Position numbers and translations under genes: made by a program. Of a stretch of 27,082 bases of DNA, positions 9,798 to 19,237 are shown one piece after another (the first letter of the stretch is position 1; every line of letters starts with the position of its first letter). This DNA comes from Flavobacteriia bacterium. Its GTDB lineage: Bacteria > Bacteroidota > Bacteroidia > Flavobacteriales_D > Crocinitomicaceae. The DNA lies in the NCBI GenBank assembly GCA_947455255.1, contig CANGOA010000029.1, positions 1-27,082 of the forward strand, in the 5' to 3' direction. Below the pieces are notes generated by a model. It was not told the DNA's origin, made no database searches, and worked only from the letters and a program-made list of their open reading frames with translations.

Positions 9798-12095
9798 TTA
9801 TTCCCCTACCTCCAAACTTGCGCGATACAATTTCAACTCATCCCACGTAAACGCTTCACCAACTTTTTCTTTTAAAGGAGTAAGTGAAAGTTCTGAATAC
9901 CCTTCAAAAATATCTGCTAATTCTGAAATACGATCCGAAGTCATTACCTCATCCAATTGCAACTCACCCATTTTAATTAATTTCACAAAGTGAGAAACAA
10001 TGGTTCCTTCAGACATTACACGACTAGCAGCAATTTCAGAAAGTGACTTATTTTCACGAATTAACTCTAAAGTCACTTCATAGGTAGACTTTTTAGGTTC
10101 TTTTGAAGCTTTAGATTTTGTTCCTTTTTTCACTGAAACTTTCTCTTCTTCTTCTTCGAAAATATCGTCAAGGAATGAAGTTGGTGTTTGTAATTGTTCC
10201 AGTTTTAGTTGATCTAAAATATTTTTTCTGTAATTTAAAATTTCAGGCTTCCAGATTTTATCTTTTGTGATTTCTTCTCCTTTCAAAAGCATTTCCAACA
10301 TATTTCCAGCACGAAGCAAGGAAGTCAAAATCTCAAATTGCGCGGTTTCTAATTCTTCTAACTCTTCGTAGTATGCCTTGATTTTCTTGATACGTTTAAC
10401 CTCTTCCATTTTCTTCAACGTACTAATCGCACAGTTTTCCAACGTTTTAAAGAAATAAGCGTTCGCAGCAGTAACACGTTCAGAAATAAATTGTAAAGAA
10501 ATTGGTCGTGTAGAAAATAGTTTAGTTAGTTGACCAATAAATTTCTGTGCAGGTTCCACCATGGAATGAAAAACACTCGCTTGATGAGCAGCCCAGGATT
10601 TATGTTTTCCTTTTTCACTTTTTGAACCCAATAAAGCATAACTCGAATCATGAATGCGCCACATCGCGTCAACATCGCGCCACTCAAAAGATTTAGCTAA
10701 AAAGGTATATACAAAATGGATGGTGTCTTCTTCCAAGAATTTCTCAAGAACTTGTTCTTCTGGTTTGCTCGCCGTGTAACTCATAACCTGTTGGTCATTA
10801 CTCAAACCATTCATCTGCATCGGTGAAAGTAATACGAGACCATTTAAACTTCTCAAACGAGAAAGTGCAACATAGGCTTGTCCAGGAGCAAAAACTTGGG
10901 AAACATCCAAAATGGCCTTTTCAAATGTTAAACCTTGACTTTTATGAACCGTTATCGCCCAAGCTAATTTCAAAGGATAATGTACAAAGGTCCCTAATAC
11001 CTCTTCTTTTATTTCTTTGGTACCCTCATCGAGGGTATAACGAATATTTTGCCATTCATACTTTTCGACTTCAATGGTTTTCTTTTCTTCTGGGAAATGA
11101 ACTAAAATTTCTTGGGAGGAAATCTCTTTCACCACCCCCATTTTACCATTGTAATAGTTTTTTTCAAAAGACAAATCGTTTTTAACGAACATGACTTGTG
11201 CACCGATTTTCAATTCCAAGACCTCATCAAGTGGATACATGTGAACTGGAAATTCACCCGTAATTTCAGCAGAATATTTACGTGAATCTCCTTTTAATTC
11301 ATGAAGTGATTGTAAATTTATGGCATCCGCTTTAGCGTTATGCGTAGTAAGTGTGATATACCCCGGATTGTTTTTTACATCAAAATTAGGATGAACGTAA
11401 TCATTTAAGACCTTGATATCTGTCTCGTCAATTTGATTATTTCTAAGGTGGTTTAACAAGTGAATAAACCGCTCATCATCTTGACGATAGATTTTTGTAA
11501 GTTCAATAAATAACGGAGGATTTTCTTGAACAACTTTTGCATGAAAAAAGAAAATTCCGTTGTAATAATTTTTCAGTTCTGCCCATTCTACATTTTTGAC
11601 TACAGGAGGAAGTTGTAATAAATCACCAATAAACAATACTTGAACACCACCAAAAGGTTCATTGCGTTTTCTTATTGATCTTAACGTCCAATCGATAGCA
11701 TCCAATAAATCAGCGCGCAACATACTCACCTCATCAATTACGAGTAATTCCATGGATTGAAATAGTGCTTTACGTTTTGCTGGAATCCGAAAATGTTTGA
11801 CTAGGGTATCTTTCGTTTCCCATTTGACACGATCGTTAAATTTGGGAGTTACACCAAATTCTGGTATAAATCCAGAAAAAGGTAATTGAAAAAAGGAATG
11901 GATAGTTACTCCACCCGCATTCAATGCAGCAATTCCAGTAGGAGCAACAATGACCGCTTTTTTATGTGTTGTGGTAATGATTCGTTTCAGTAGAGTGGTT
12001 TTACCTGTACCAGCTTTTCCGGTTAAAAAAATAGATCGATTTGTTTGATTAATAAAGCGAATTGCTAATTCAGAAGTTGAAGTTGTTTCGAGCAT
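9798..12095 (-). CDS. PIF1/RecD-family (SF1B) DNA helicase with C-terminal helix-turn-helix domain
   Basis: Walker A LTGKAGTGKTTLL; Walker B-like LLVIDEVSM; helicase motif ITVHKSQGLTFE; C-terminal HTH-like segment (LSEIAASRVMSEGTIVSHFVKLIKMGELQLDE). Confidence 0.8.
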   Translation of the reverse strand: MLETTSTSELAIRFINQTNRSIFLTGKAGTGKTTLLKRIITTTHKKAVIVAPTGIAALNAGGVTIHSFFQLPFSGFIPEFGVTPKFNDRVKWETKDTLVKHFRIPAKRKALFQSMELLVIDEVSMLRADLLDAIDWTLRSIRKRNEPFGGVQVLFIGDLLQLPPVVKNVEWAELKNYYNGIFFFHAKVVQENPPLFIELTKIYRQDDERFIHLLNHLRNNQIDETDIKVLNDYVHPNFDVKNNPGYITLTTHNAKADAINLQSLHELKGDSRKYSAEITGEFPVHMYPLDEVLELKIGAQVMFVKNDLSFEKNYYNGKMGVVKEISSQEILVHFPEEKKTIEVEKYEWQNIRYTLDEGTKEIKEEVLGTFVHYPLKLAWAITVHKSQGLTFEKAILDVSQVFAPGQAYVALSRLRSLNGLVLLSPMQMNGLSNDQQVMSYTASKPEEQVLEKFLEEDTIHFVYTFLAKSFEWRDVDAMWRIHDSSYALLGSKSEKGKHKSWAAHQASVFHSMVEPAQKFIGQLTKLFSTRPISLQFISERVTAANAYFFKTLENCAISTLKKMEEVKRIKKIKAYYEELEELETAQFEILTSLLRAGNMLEMLLKGEEITKDKIWKPEILNYRKNILDQLKLEQLQTPTSFLDDIFEEEEEKVSVKKGTKSKASKEPKKSTYEVTLELIRENKSLSEIAASRVMSEGTIVSHFVKLIKMGELQLDEVMTSDRISELADIFEGYSELSLTPLKEKVGEAFTWDELKLYRASLEVGE

Positions 12096-12223
12096 TGTAT
12101 GTTAATTTTTACTTGAAGTTAGGAATAAATATCAGAATAGTGCTTATTAACAACGTAGTAATTAAATATTAAACCTAACATTATTGTATATTTATATCCT
12201 TATAAATTTAATTGACTTTTAAA

Positions 12224-14179
12224 ATGGGTGAAATTTTACAACATTATTGGTGGATAGGTGTAATTGTATTAGCTATCGTATTTTACAAATTTGTTTTGCG
12301 TGTATTCTTTGGAATGGTCATAGTTCCTGAAGACAAAGTTGGACTAGTAACAAAAAAGTTTGTTCTTTTTGGTGAAAATAAAGAATTACCTGATGGAAGA
12401 ATTATTGCAACTTTAGGCGAAGCAGGTTTTCAAGCTAAAACATTAGCACCTGGATTGTATTTTTGGAAATGGATTTGGCAATTTGAAATCACCATGGGAA
12501 ATTTTACAATTATCCCTGAAGGACAAATTGGATTAGTACTTGCTAAAGATGGTTCTGAAATTCCAACAGGTAATATTTTAGGTCGTGCTGTTGACTGTGA
12601 TAATTTTCAAGATGCTGAGAAATTTATTACTAATGGTGGTCAAAAAGGACGTCAAACTAGTTATATCACCTCTGGTTCATACCGTATCAACACCTTGCTT
12701 TTTCAAGTATCTGTAACAAATATGATACGTATTCAAGAAAGTATGGTTGGTATCGTTACTACATTGGATGGACAACCAATTGATGCAGGGAATATAGCAG
12801 GTAAATTAGTCGATGGGCACAACAATTTCCAAGATTTTGATAAATTTATTTCCAATGGAGGTAATCGTGGTTTGCAACCTCAAGTTATCCTAGCAGGTTC
12901 TTATAACTTAAATCCTTGGGCAATACAATTGGAAGAAACACCAATGACTGAGATTCCAATTGGATATGTAGGTGTTGTGATTTCCTATATTGGTCAAGAA
13001 GGAAAAGATTTAACTGGTGCTGAATTCAAACATGGAAACATAGTAGAAAAAGGATATAAAGGTGTTTGGTCTGAACCATTAGGACCTGGTAAATATCCGA
13101 TCAACAAATACATCATGAAAGTTGAATTGGTACCAACAACCAATTTGGTATTAAACTGGGCAAGTGCACGAAGTGAAGCGCATAATTTAGACAAAAACCT
13201 ATCAACAATTACAGTACGTTCTAAAGATGGTTTCCCATTTAACTTAGATGTTTCCCAAATTATTCACTTACCGACGACAGAAGCACCAAAAGTGATTGCA
13301 CGTTTTGGGAATATGAATAATCTTGTTTCTCAGGTACTCGAACCAACAATTGGTAACTACTTCCGAAATTCAGCACAAGATAGTGATGTCATTGCATTTT
13401 TGAGTACACGTAAAGAAAGACAGGATTCTGCGAAATTCCACATCAAAAAAGTATTAGATGAATACAATGTTAACGCTGTTGACACTTTAATTGGTGATAT
13501 TACTCCACCAGAATCATTGATGAAAACCCTAACAGATCGTAAGATTGCCGAAGAACAAAAAGTAACTTACGATACGCAAAAACAAGCACAAGAAACGCGT
13601 CAAGGAATGGAAAAAGAAACTGCCATTGCCGATATGCAAAAAGACATCGTTACCGCGCAACAAAGTGTAGAAATTGCAGAACGAACAGCGAGCGCAGCAG
13701 TCAAAAAATCAGAAGGAGAAGCTGCAAGTGTAAAATTAGCAGTAAGTGCTGAAGCAGAAGCAACAAAATTAAGAGCTCAAGCAGAAGCTGTAGCTACAAA
13801 AGCACGCGCAGAAGCGGAGTCATCTGCTGTAAAATTGAGAGCTGAAGCAGAGGCAGAACGTATTTCATTAACAGGTAAAGCAGAAGCAGAAAAAATCCTT
13901 GCTGTTGGTAAATCTACAGCAGAAGCATACGAATTAAGTGTTAAAGCGCTTGGTAATGAAAACTTTACCCGTTATAAAATCACCGAAGAATTAGCAAAAG
14001 GAAATGTTAAATTAATTCCAGATGTATTAATCGGTGGTGGTGCTTCAGGAAACGGATCAGCGTTGGATGGATTACTAGGACTTAAATTAATGGAACTTAT
14101 GGATCCAGAAAAGAAAGAAGGTAAGAGTATACAGAATAAACCTATTCAACGAGAAAAACCGAAAGACACCGAAAAATAA
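12224..14179 (+). CDS. Flotillin / SPFH (band-7) family membrane protein
   Basis: N-terminal TM (WWIGVIVLAIVFYKFVL), SPFH core, and a C-terminal A/E-rich coiled coil (AEAEA..KLRAQAEAVATKARAEAE...) typical of bacterial flotillins. The track's 12212 start is a TTG; the ATG at 12224 (MGEIL...) is more likely. Confidence 0.8.
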   Translation: MGEILQHYWWIGVIVLAIVFYKFVLRVFFGMVIVPEDKVGLVTKKFVLFGENKELPDGRIIATLGEAGFQAKTLAPGLYFWKWIWQFEITMGNFTIIPEGQIGLVLAKDGSEIPTGNILGRAVDCDNFQDAEKFITNGGQKGRQTSYITSGSYRINTLLFQVSVTNMIRIQESMVGIVTTLDGQPIDAGNIAGKLVDGHNNFQDFDKFISNGGNRGLQPQVILAGSYNLNPWAIQLEETPMTEIPIGYVGVVISYIGQEGKDLTGAEFKHGNIVEKGYKGVWSEPLGPGKYPINKYIMKVELVPTTNLVLNWASARSEAHNLDKNLSTITVRSKDGFPFNLDVSQIIHLPTTEAPKVIARFGNMNNLVSQVLEPTIGNYFRNSAQDSDVIAFLSTRKERQDSAKFHIKKVLDEYNVNAVDTLIGDITPPESLMKTLTDRKIAEEQKVTYDTQKQAQETRQGMEKETAIADMQKDIVTAQQSVEIAERTASAAVKKSEGEAASVKLAVSAEAEATKLRAQAEAVATKARAEAESSAVKLRAEAEAERISLTGKAEAEKILAVGKSTAEAYELSVKALGNENFTRYKITEELAKGNVKLIPDVLIGGGASGNGSALDGLLGLKLMELMDPEKKEGKSIQNKPIQREKPKDTEK

Positions 14180-14192
14180 TTAAGGAACAATG

Positions 14193-14225
14193 AAAACGAG
14201 CACAACTTTAAGTGCTCGTTTTCGT
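14193..14225 (+). terminator. Intrinsic terminator after the flotillin gene (AAAACGAGCAC-loop-GTGCTCGTTTT + TCGTTT)
   Basis: 11-bp stem with 8-nt loop and a T-rich tail, read directly. Confidence 0.6.
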
Positions 14226-14267
14226 TTATGAGAAAATGTATCTTTGTTCTTTAGAAGTTAAGCTTTT

Positions 14268-15473
14268 ATGACCGAAAAACTCCGATTTTTGAATTATTTC
14301 ATGCATCCTTCGCTCAAGGCGGGTACTCCTTTGTATGAGAAAACAAAAATTACGGTGTTGGTTTTTATTACCGTACTTTCTATCATTTCGGTGTACGGTT
14401 TTTTTTATGTCACGCAAGGTTATTTATGGGATATCAAAGCGTTACATAATTACCTTGGTATTAGCATCGTTGCATTTGGTTTAGTGCTTATAAAAAAAAC
14501 AGGAAAAACCGATTTAGCCCTGACCATTGGGTCGATTATGGGTATCTATTTGGTTTCTGCAAGTGTCTATTTATCAGGAGGTATACATTCTCATGATTTG
14601 TTGTGGTACATGGTACTCTCTGTAGCAGGATTCATGTTTATCAATATTCGTTCGGGGATAATTTTAACCTTACTTTCTTTAGTTGGAATCACGTTCTTTT
14701 ATATTTTATTTACCTATAAAATTCACGAATTTAGTACGGATGATTTTACCTCATCGATTACGTATAAATACTTTAATTTCTGCTTGATTTTATCCATTCT
14801 TGCTCTACTTATTTACATACTAGTTCGTGGAAATTTAACCTTACAAGAGCTGGTACAACTGACCAAAGAGCAAAAAATCAGGGAAGAGATTGCACGCGAT
14901 TTTCATGATCAAATTGGAAATAAATTGGCTTCCATTATGCACCTTTCAGAATTAATGCAAATGAAAAAGTCGTACGATGAAAAAGACCTTATAGGTTCTA
15001 AAATTGATCACCACGCCAAAGATGTATACGATAATTTCCGTGATTTTATCTGGGCGCTGGATGCTAAAAGTGATTTATTGGAAGAGTTGTTTATGTACTT
15101 GCGTGATTTCACAGAAGATTACTTCAAATTTTCGGACATCAATTTATTTATTACCTCATCTCCTGATCAGTTACCTTACTTAGTTTTACCTTCTAATTAT
15201 AGTAAGGAAATCGTACCGATGTGTAAAGAGATTATTACTAACATCAGTAAGCATGCAAAAGCAAGGAATGTCACGCTCGATTTTACGCTCGAATCCAATT
15301 TTCTAATTATCACCATCAAAGACGATGGGGTTGGGATGGAGAAACAAGGTTCGCGTTCTGGAAACGGATTGAAAAACATCGAAAAACGAGCACTTGCAAC
15401 TGGAGGGGAATTGATTGTCAATACGGAATTGAATCTAGGCACTGAAGTGATTTACAAAGTATTACTACCCTAG
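14268..15473 (+). CDS. Sensor histidine kinase, HisKA_3 (NarX/DesK/LiaS-type) with a 5-6 TM N-terminal sensor domain
   Basis: H-box REEIARDFHDQIGNKLASI matches the HisKA_3 consensus (R.RIAR.LHD..GQ.L). HATPase_c G-boxes present (ITIKDDGVGM...GNGLKNIEKRALATGGEL). Multiple TM helices in the first 190 aa. Confidence 0.8.
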   Translation: MTEKLRFLNYFMHPSLKAGTPLYEKTKITVLVFITVLSIISVYGFFYVTQGYLWDIKALHNYLGISIVAFGLVLIKKTGKTDLALTIGSIMGIYLVSASVYLSGGIHSHDLLWYMVLSVAGFMFINIRSGIILTLLSLVGITFFYILFTYKIHEFSTDDFTSSITYKYFNFCLILSILALLIYILVRGNLTLQELVQLTKEQKIREEIARDFHDQIGNKLASIMHLSELMQMKKSYDEKDLIGSKIDHHAKDVYDNFRDFIWALDAKSDLLEELFMYLRDFTEDYFKFSDINLFITSSPDQLPYLVLPSNYSKEIVPMCKEIITNISKHAKARNVTLDFTLESNFLIITIKDDGVGMEKQGSRSGNGLKNIEKRALATGGELIVNTELNLGTEVIYKVLLP

Positions 15474-15490
15474 TTGGGTAGGTTTTTTTT
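15465..15490 (+). terminator. Short hairpin CTACCC-TAGTT-GGGTAG followed by T9, overlapping the kinase stop codon. Possible attenuator or partial terminator between kinase and response regulator.
   Basis: 6-bp stem plus T-run seen in the sequence; weak stem, so low confidence. Confidence 0.35.
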
Positions 15491-15514
15491 GTTTACAATG
15501 TCTATCTTTGTTAT

Positions 15515-16147
15515 ATGGAAGACTTAACTACACAACGCGTTATTATCATTGAAGACAACGAAGATGTCAATGCTATTTTGGGAGAATACATCAAAAGTAG
15601 TGACAAGTTATTTTTAGTAGAATCGTACAAAAATTGCGAGGATGCACTGAAAAATATCGGTGAAGATAAGCCGCGCATTGTGTTGATGGATATCGATTTA
15701 CCAGGAATGAATGGAATCGAAGGAACCAAAAAAATCAAACAAATGAGTCCTACGACCGATGTCATCATCATTACTGTTTTTGAAAATAGTGAAAACGTGT
15801 TCTCAGCCTTATGTGCTGGCGCTTCCGGTTATTTGACAAAAAACATCAAGTGTGAGGAATTACTGTCTTCCATCGAGGAAAGTTTGGTAGGAGGTGCTCC
15901 GATGAGCATGAAAATCGCAAAAATGGTGGTTGGATCGTTTATGAAAAGTACAAAGTCACCTTTAACAGAGAGAGAAACTGAAATTTTAACGCTTTTATCG
16001 ACCGGCAAGAGTTACAATACCATTGCTTCCTTGATACATATTTCTAAGGATACGGTGAAGTATCACATTAAAAATATCTATATCAAATTACAAGTGGATA
16101 GTAAAGAAGCCGCGATTGAAGTAGCGAATAAGGAGCGGTTTATTTAA
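15515..16147 (+). CDS. Response regulator, NarL/FixJ (LuxR-type HTH) family
   Basis: REC domain (VIIIEDNEDV...VLMDIDLPGMNGIEG...) with an acidic pocket; C-terminal LuxR HTH (LTERETEILTLLSTGKSYNTIASLIHISKDTVKYHIKNIYIKLQV). Confidence 0.9.
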   Translation: MEDLTTQRVIIIEDNEDVNAILGEYIKSSDKLFLVESYKNCEDALKNIGEDKPRIVLMDIDLPGMNGIEGTKKIKQMSPTTDVIIITVFENSENVFSALCAGASGYLTKNIKCEELLSSIEESLVGGAPMSMKIAKMVVGSFMKSTKSPLTERETEILTLLSTGKSYNTIASLIHISKDTVKYHIKNIYIKLQVDSKEAAIEVANKERFI

Positions 16148-16171
16148 TATGAACGTAGCAAAACCACTAAC

Positions 16172-16846
16172 TCATCGTTGAATTAATAATTGCCTAATTG
16201 CCACCAAGTGCGAAAACAAAACGATTGGAACCACACAAGACGGCAACCAGTTAAAAGGGAAATATAAAATTGCAATGTTAGGTTGGTCGAAAGCAAACTT
16301 TTGAAACGGAAATGGAGCTGATAGTACAGCATTGGCAACGATGTTAACTAAGAGTCCTAAACAAAGGATGTTCCAAAGCAAGATTACTTTTTTGTTGAAT
16401 ACCTTTTTCACAAAACCAAAGTAAAAAATAATAGGAGCGGTAAGTCCAGATAATATGTCAAAATTTCTTCCTTCGAAAGTCATCAATTCTGGAATGGTCT
16501 TTCCGACAAACAACCAAAACAGCACAATTTCCACCGGAATTCGAATGGTATGAAGTAGGGTTAGTTTCTGAATGTCTAAACTGTCTATAAATTGTCTGCC
16601 TTTTGTAGTAATAAAAAGTCCAGCGATGAAAAGTATGGGAGGTAAAACCATCAACAAAAATCGTGGTTGACCTGTTTTCGTTACGGTATAAAATTCGGAA
16701 AGTCCAATGAAAGTCTGCAAGGCTAACCAAGAAAATAGAATAAGTAAACTTACTTTAGAGTTGTTGGTCGCTCGATAAAAAAGTCCAACGGTAAGAAAGG
16801 TTGTCAGTGCGAAAACGATGGAGATGTAGATGGGGAGGTTTTGCAT
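16172..16846 (-). CDS. Integral membrane protein (about 6 TM), unknown function
   Basis: 224-aa hydrophobic ORF convergent with the response regulator. Confidence 0.5.
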   Translation of the reverse strand: MQNLPIYISIVFALTTFLTVGLFYRATNNSKVSLLILFSWLALQTFIGLSEFYTVTKTGQPRFLLMVLPPILFIAGLFITTKGRQFIDSLDIQKLTLLHTIRIPVEIVLFWLFVGKTIPELMTFEGRNFDILSGLTAPIIFYFGFVKKVFNKKVILLWNILCLGLLVNIVANAVLSAPFPFQKFAFDQPNIAILYFPFNWLPSCVVPIVLFSHLVAIRQLLIQR

Positions 16847-16954
16847 GGGGAGGTTATTTTCTGGTAAAATTAAGGGAATATTTCTGATTTACTTCCAATC
16901 TTATTTGCGAAGAAAATTCTCTTATAATGAATTTCTACATCTATGATGGATACA

Positions 16955-17224
16955 CTAACCGTTTTCTATAAAGTCATAGATGAAATCATTGATTTGTTCA
17001 CTTTCTTCATCTAGTTTTAAAATAATTCTGGAAGCTAATTTTTCTATCCATTTATCAATTTCAGTAAAGGAATCTAAACTATTCAAAAATTGTAAACGTT
17101 CATTTTGGCTGTTAAATTCTTCGAAAAATAAAATAATATTGCCTCTGAAATCGTCATAATAATTTCCTTCCGTTTTATTCAGACTGTTTTCAAAGTATGT
17201 GATTTTTTCGGCATAGGTTGGCAT
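16955..17224 (-). CDS. Small acidic hypothetical protein (89 aa) downstream of the SMC/ABC-like ATPase gene
   Basis: ORF with a strongly acidic composition (DDFRG..FFEEF..ERLQFLNSLDSFTEIDKW..LDEESEQINDFIYDFIENG). Same strand, 88 bp downstream of the ATPase gene; start codon immediately preceded by a C8 run. Confidence 0.45.
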   Translation of the reverse strand: MPTYAEKITYFENSLNKTEGNYYDDFRGNIILFFEEFNSQNERLQFLNSLDSFTEIDKWIEKLASRIILKLDEESEQINDFIYDFIENG

Positions 17225-17232
17225 GGGGGGGG
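17225..17232. repeat. Homopolymeric G8 (C8 on the coding strand), immediately 5' of the ATG of the 89-aa ORF
   Basis: catGGGGGGGGagg read at 17222-17235; G/C homopolymers of 8 or more are rare in this AT-rich sequence. Confidence 0.6.
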
Positions 17233-17312
17233 AGGTAGATTTTGTTGAAGTTAACAGCTATAGCATCACCTGTTTTTAACCTGATGAAAGATTAGTTGAT
17301 ATCTAAAGTTTT

Positions 17313-19013
17313 TTATATTCTGAATAGTTTGTCGTTTTGAGTTAACGATAAAACTTCAAATTCACTTATGTCAATATTTGAAGGTATTTTATCCCTTAAA
17401 ATTGGAACAATATATTGTCCATTTATACTATTAGCAACTTCTACGATTGTATTTAATTGGTTGTCGTGAATGGTTTCTAATTGGTCATGCATAATAAAAT
17501 GTAAGCACTCTATGTCTAATTTGTCTGAAAATTCAATATAAGCAAAATCAAAGGCAGCTATTTGTCCTTTTTTCTTTCCCGTACTTGGATTTCCTTCCAG
17601 ATTTGTTACGATTAGTTCGTATCCTTTTTCATTTTTTTGAGAACTTAATAAGTAGGTTTCGCCATAAAGTCTGTTTGACATTACAGAGAAATATTTATTG
17701 AATTCAGTTATTCTATTTTGTATTTGGCTATCTTTTGATGAAATACCTTGATTAATAGCATCCAAATTTTTATCAATTTCAGCTAGTTTATCTAGTGAAT
17801 ATAGCCAAAGCCTTTTCTGCTCTTCTAAATTTCCTTTTCGCTCAAATTGCTTGTTTAGCTCTAAAATAGTTTTTTCGAAATCTTCTACTAATGCAGATTT
17901 GTTTAACCTTTCTGTTAAAGCATCCTCTTTCGTTCTAAGAACAATAATATCTGATTTTATTTTTCGGATTTGTTGCTCTATTTCAGGAAGTTCTTTTGTA
18001 ATATATTCTAATTTTTCAGAAATTAAATCATTATGAAACTTTACAGTATCTTCAAAAGAAACTTGAATATTTGATATCAAAGATTTTGCTTTTTCATAAA
18101 GAGATTTGATTTGACTAGTATCAATTTGAGTGTACTCTTGCTCTAAATCTTCTTTACTTTCGTTTATTAAATCTTTACGAATTTCTAGTCTACTTAATTC
18201 TGTTGCACTTCTGTTTAACTTAGATTTAATTTCATTCAGTTTGTCGACATCTATAGCATAGTTTTCATTGAGATTAAATTTATTTTTTCTTTGATTTAAT
18301 TCATCAATTTTTTCATTCAAAAGAATTAATTGTTGCTCTATCAAAGAAAGCTCTCCCTCTTTTTTTAATCTTTTTTGGAAATTTTCTTCTCTAGTTTTTT
18401 CTTTTGATAATAATTCCTTTTGATTGTGACTATCGGTAGCTACTCCAAGCCAAAATAAAAACAATGCTTCATACTCTTCAGGTCTCGTAGTACTATGTAA
18501 TAATTTGACAATATTTGCCATCTTATTTTTTTCATCTCTAATATTTTTAGAGATAATTTGCCGACATGTTGGTTTTTCAACATCCGAATTGAAAATTTCC
18601 TTTTTTAAAGCCTTGTCAAATTCTTTATTATCAGTAAAGTTTTTTCCGTTTAATTCTTGTAATTTTTTATTTCGAGCTAGAAAATTCTTCCTAATAGTTA
18701 CTCGATGTTTTTCAATCCCTTCTAAAGTATTAACTAAAACAACAGTAATAATTATTTCATTGTCTTTTAAAAAATTTTCAATTTTTGTATTCGGTTGGTT
18801 TCTAAATTCAGTGTCTTGATAAATATTTTTCCCATCTGCACCAAAACAATAATCTACTAGTCTTAAAACAGTTGTTTTACCTACATTATTGCCCGTGTCC
18901 TGTTGAGAACTACCAACATTAGTTTCATCTACAATTAAATTTATTCCCTTATGAAAGTGAATATCTCTAATTACAGAGTTTTTATTTTGTATGATAACTT
19001 GCTTTAAAAACAT
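17313..19013 (-). CDS. SMC/ABC-type ATPase with long coiled-coil insertion (LmuB-like / ABC-3C ATPase candidate)
   Basis: N-terminal ABC-like head (FLKQVIIQN...IRDIHFHKGINLIVDE...GNNVGKTTVLRLVDYCFG, Walker A GxxxGKT). About 300 aa of heptad-rich K/E/L/Q coiled coil. C-terminal head segment with signature-like STGKKKGQIAAFDFAYIEF and Walker-B-like LHFIMHDQ. Confidence 0.65.
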   Translation of the reverse strand: MFLKQVIIQNKNSVIRDIHFHKGINLIVDETNVGSSQQDTGNNVGKTTVLRLVDYCFGADGKNIYQDTEFRNQPNTKIENFLKDNEIIITVVLVNTLEGIEKHRVTIRKNFLARNKKLQELNGKNFTDNKEFDKALKKEIFNSDVEKPTCRQIISKNIRDEKNKMANIVKLLHSTTRPEEYEALFLFWLGVATDSHNQKELLSKEKTREENFQKRLKKEGELSLIEQQLILLNEKIDELNQRKNKFNLNENYAIDVDKLNEIKSKLNRSATELSRLEIRKDLINESKEDLEQEYTQIDTSQIKSLYEKAKSLISNIQVSFEDTVKFHNDLISEKLEYITKELPEIEQQIRKIKSDIIVLRTKEDALTERLNKSALVEDFEKTILELNKQFERKGNLEEQKRLWLYSLDKLAEIDKNLDAINQGISSKDSQIQNRITEFNKYFSVMSNRLYGETYLLSSQKNEKGYELIVTNLEGNPSTGKKKGQIAAFDFAYIEFSDKLDIECLHFIMHDQLETIHDNQLNTIVEVANSINGQYIVPILRDKIPSNIDISEFEVLSLTQNDKLFRI

Positions 19014-19237
19014 TTTATAATCAATCCTTTATTACCTTTTTTAATAACTCCTAAAATAAATAGCCAATCTAAAACTAACGAATATAAATTCAATGATATT
19101 TTATTGAATTTGTTTACTGAAATAAATAAATCAAAATAGTCAATTTCATTTTTAGTAAATGAATCGAGAACCTCAATTACATTAGCTCCCAAGTAATATA
19201 AATCTCTTTCTGGATTTATGTTTTTATTTACGATCAT
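19004..19237 (-). CDS. Small (77 aa) predicted alpha-helical protein; middle component (LmuC/DdmB-like) candidate
   Basis: ORF overlaps the upstream gene by 4 bp (ATGA) and the downstream ATPase gene by 10 bp, so it is translationally coupled; no recognisable enzymatic motif. Confidence 0.45.
   Translation of the reverse strand: MIVNKNINPERDLYYLGANVIEVLDSFTKNEIDYFDLFISVNKFNKISLNLYSLVLDWLFILGVIKKGNKGLIIKCF

Noticed and set aside
9778-9993. Plus-strand 71-aa ORF overlapping the helicase 3' end
   Set aside because: Overlaps the conserved C-terminal HTH-coding region of the helicase on the opposite strand. S/N-rich nonsense-like translation.
10823-11185. Plus-strand 120-aa ORF
   Set aside because: Embedded antisense in the helicase gene; no motifs; an AT-rich codon artefact.
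12994-13194. 66-aa minus ORF inside the flotillin gene
   Set aside because: Antisense to a conserved SPFH domain; spurious.
14226-14417. 63-aa minus ORF across the kinase start
   Set aside because: Overlaps the terminator hairpin and kinase N-terminus; no support.
15197-15771. 81- and 86-aa minus ORFs overlapping the kinase and response regulator
   Set aside because: Antisense to the conserved HATPase and REC domains.
16458-16730. 90-aa minus ORF inside the 224-aa membrane-protein gene in another frame
   Set aside because: Same-strand alternate frame of a coherent hydrophobic ORF. Basic, R-rich translation typical of frame artefacts.
17851-18819. Plus-strand 61- and 104-aa ORFs inside the ATPase gene
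   Set aside because: Antisense to the coiled-coil region (K/E/L codons read backwards give F/L/S-rich peptides).
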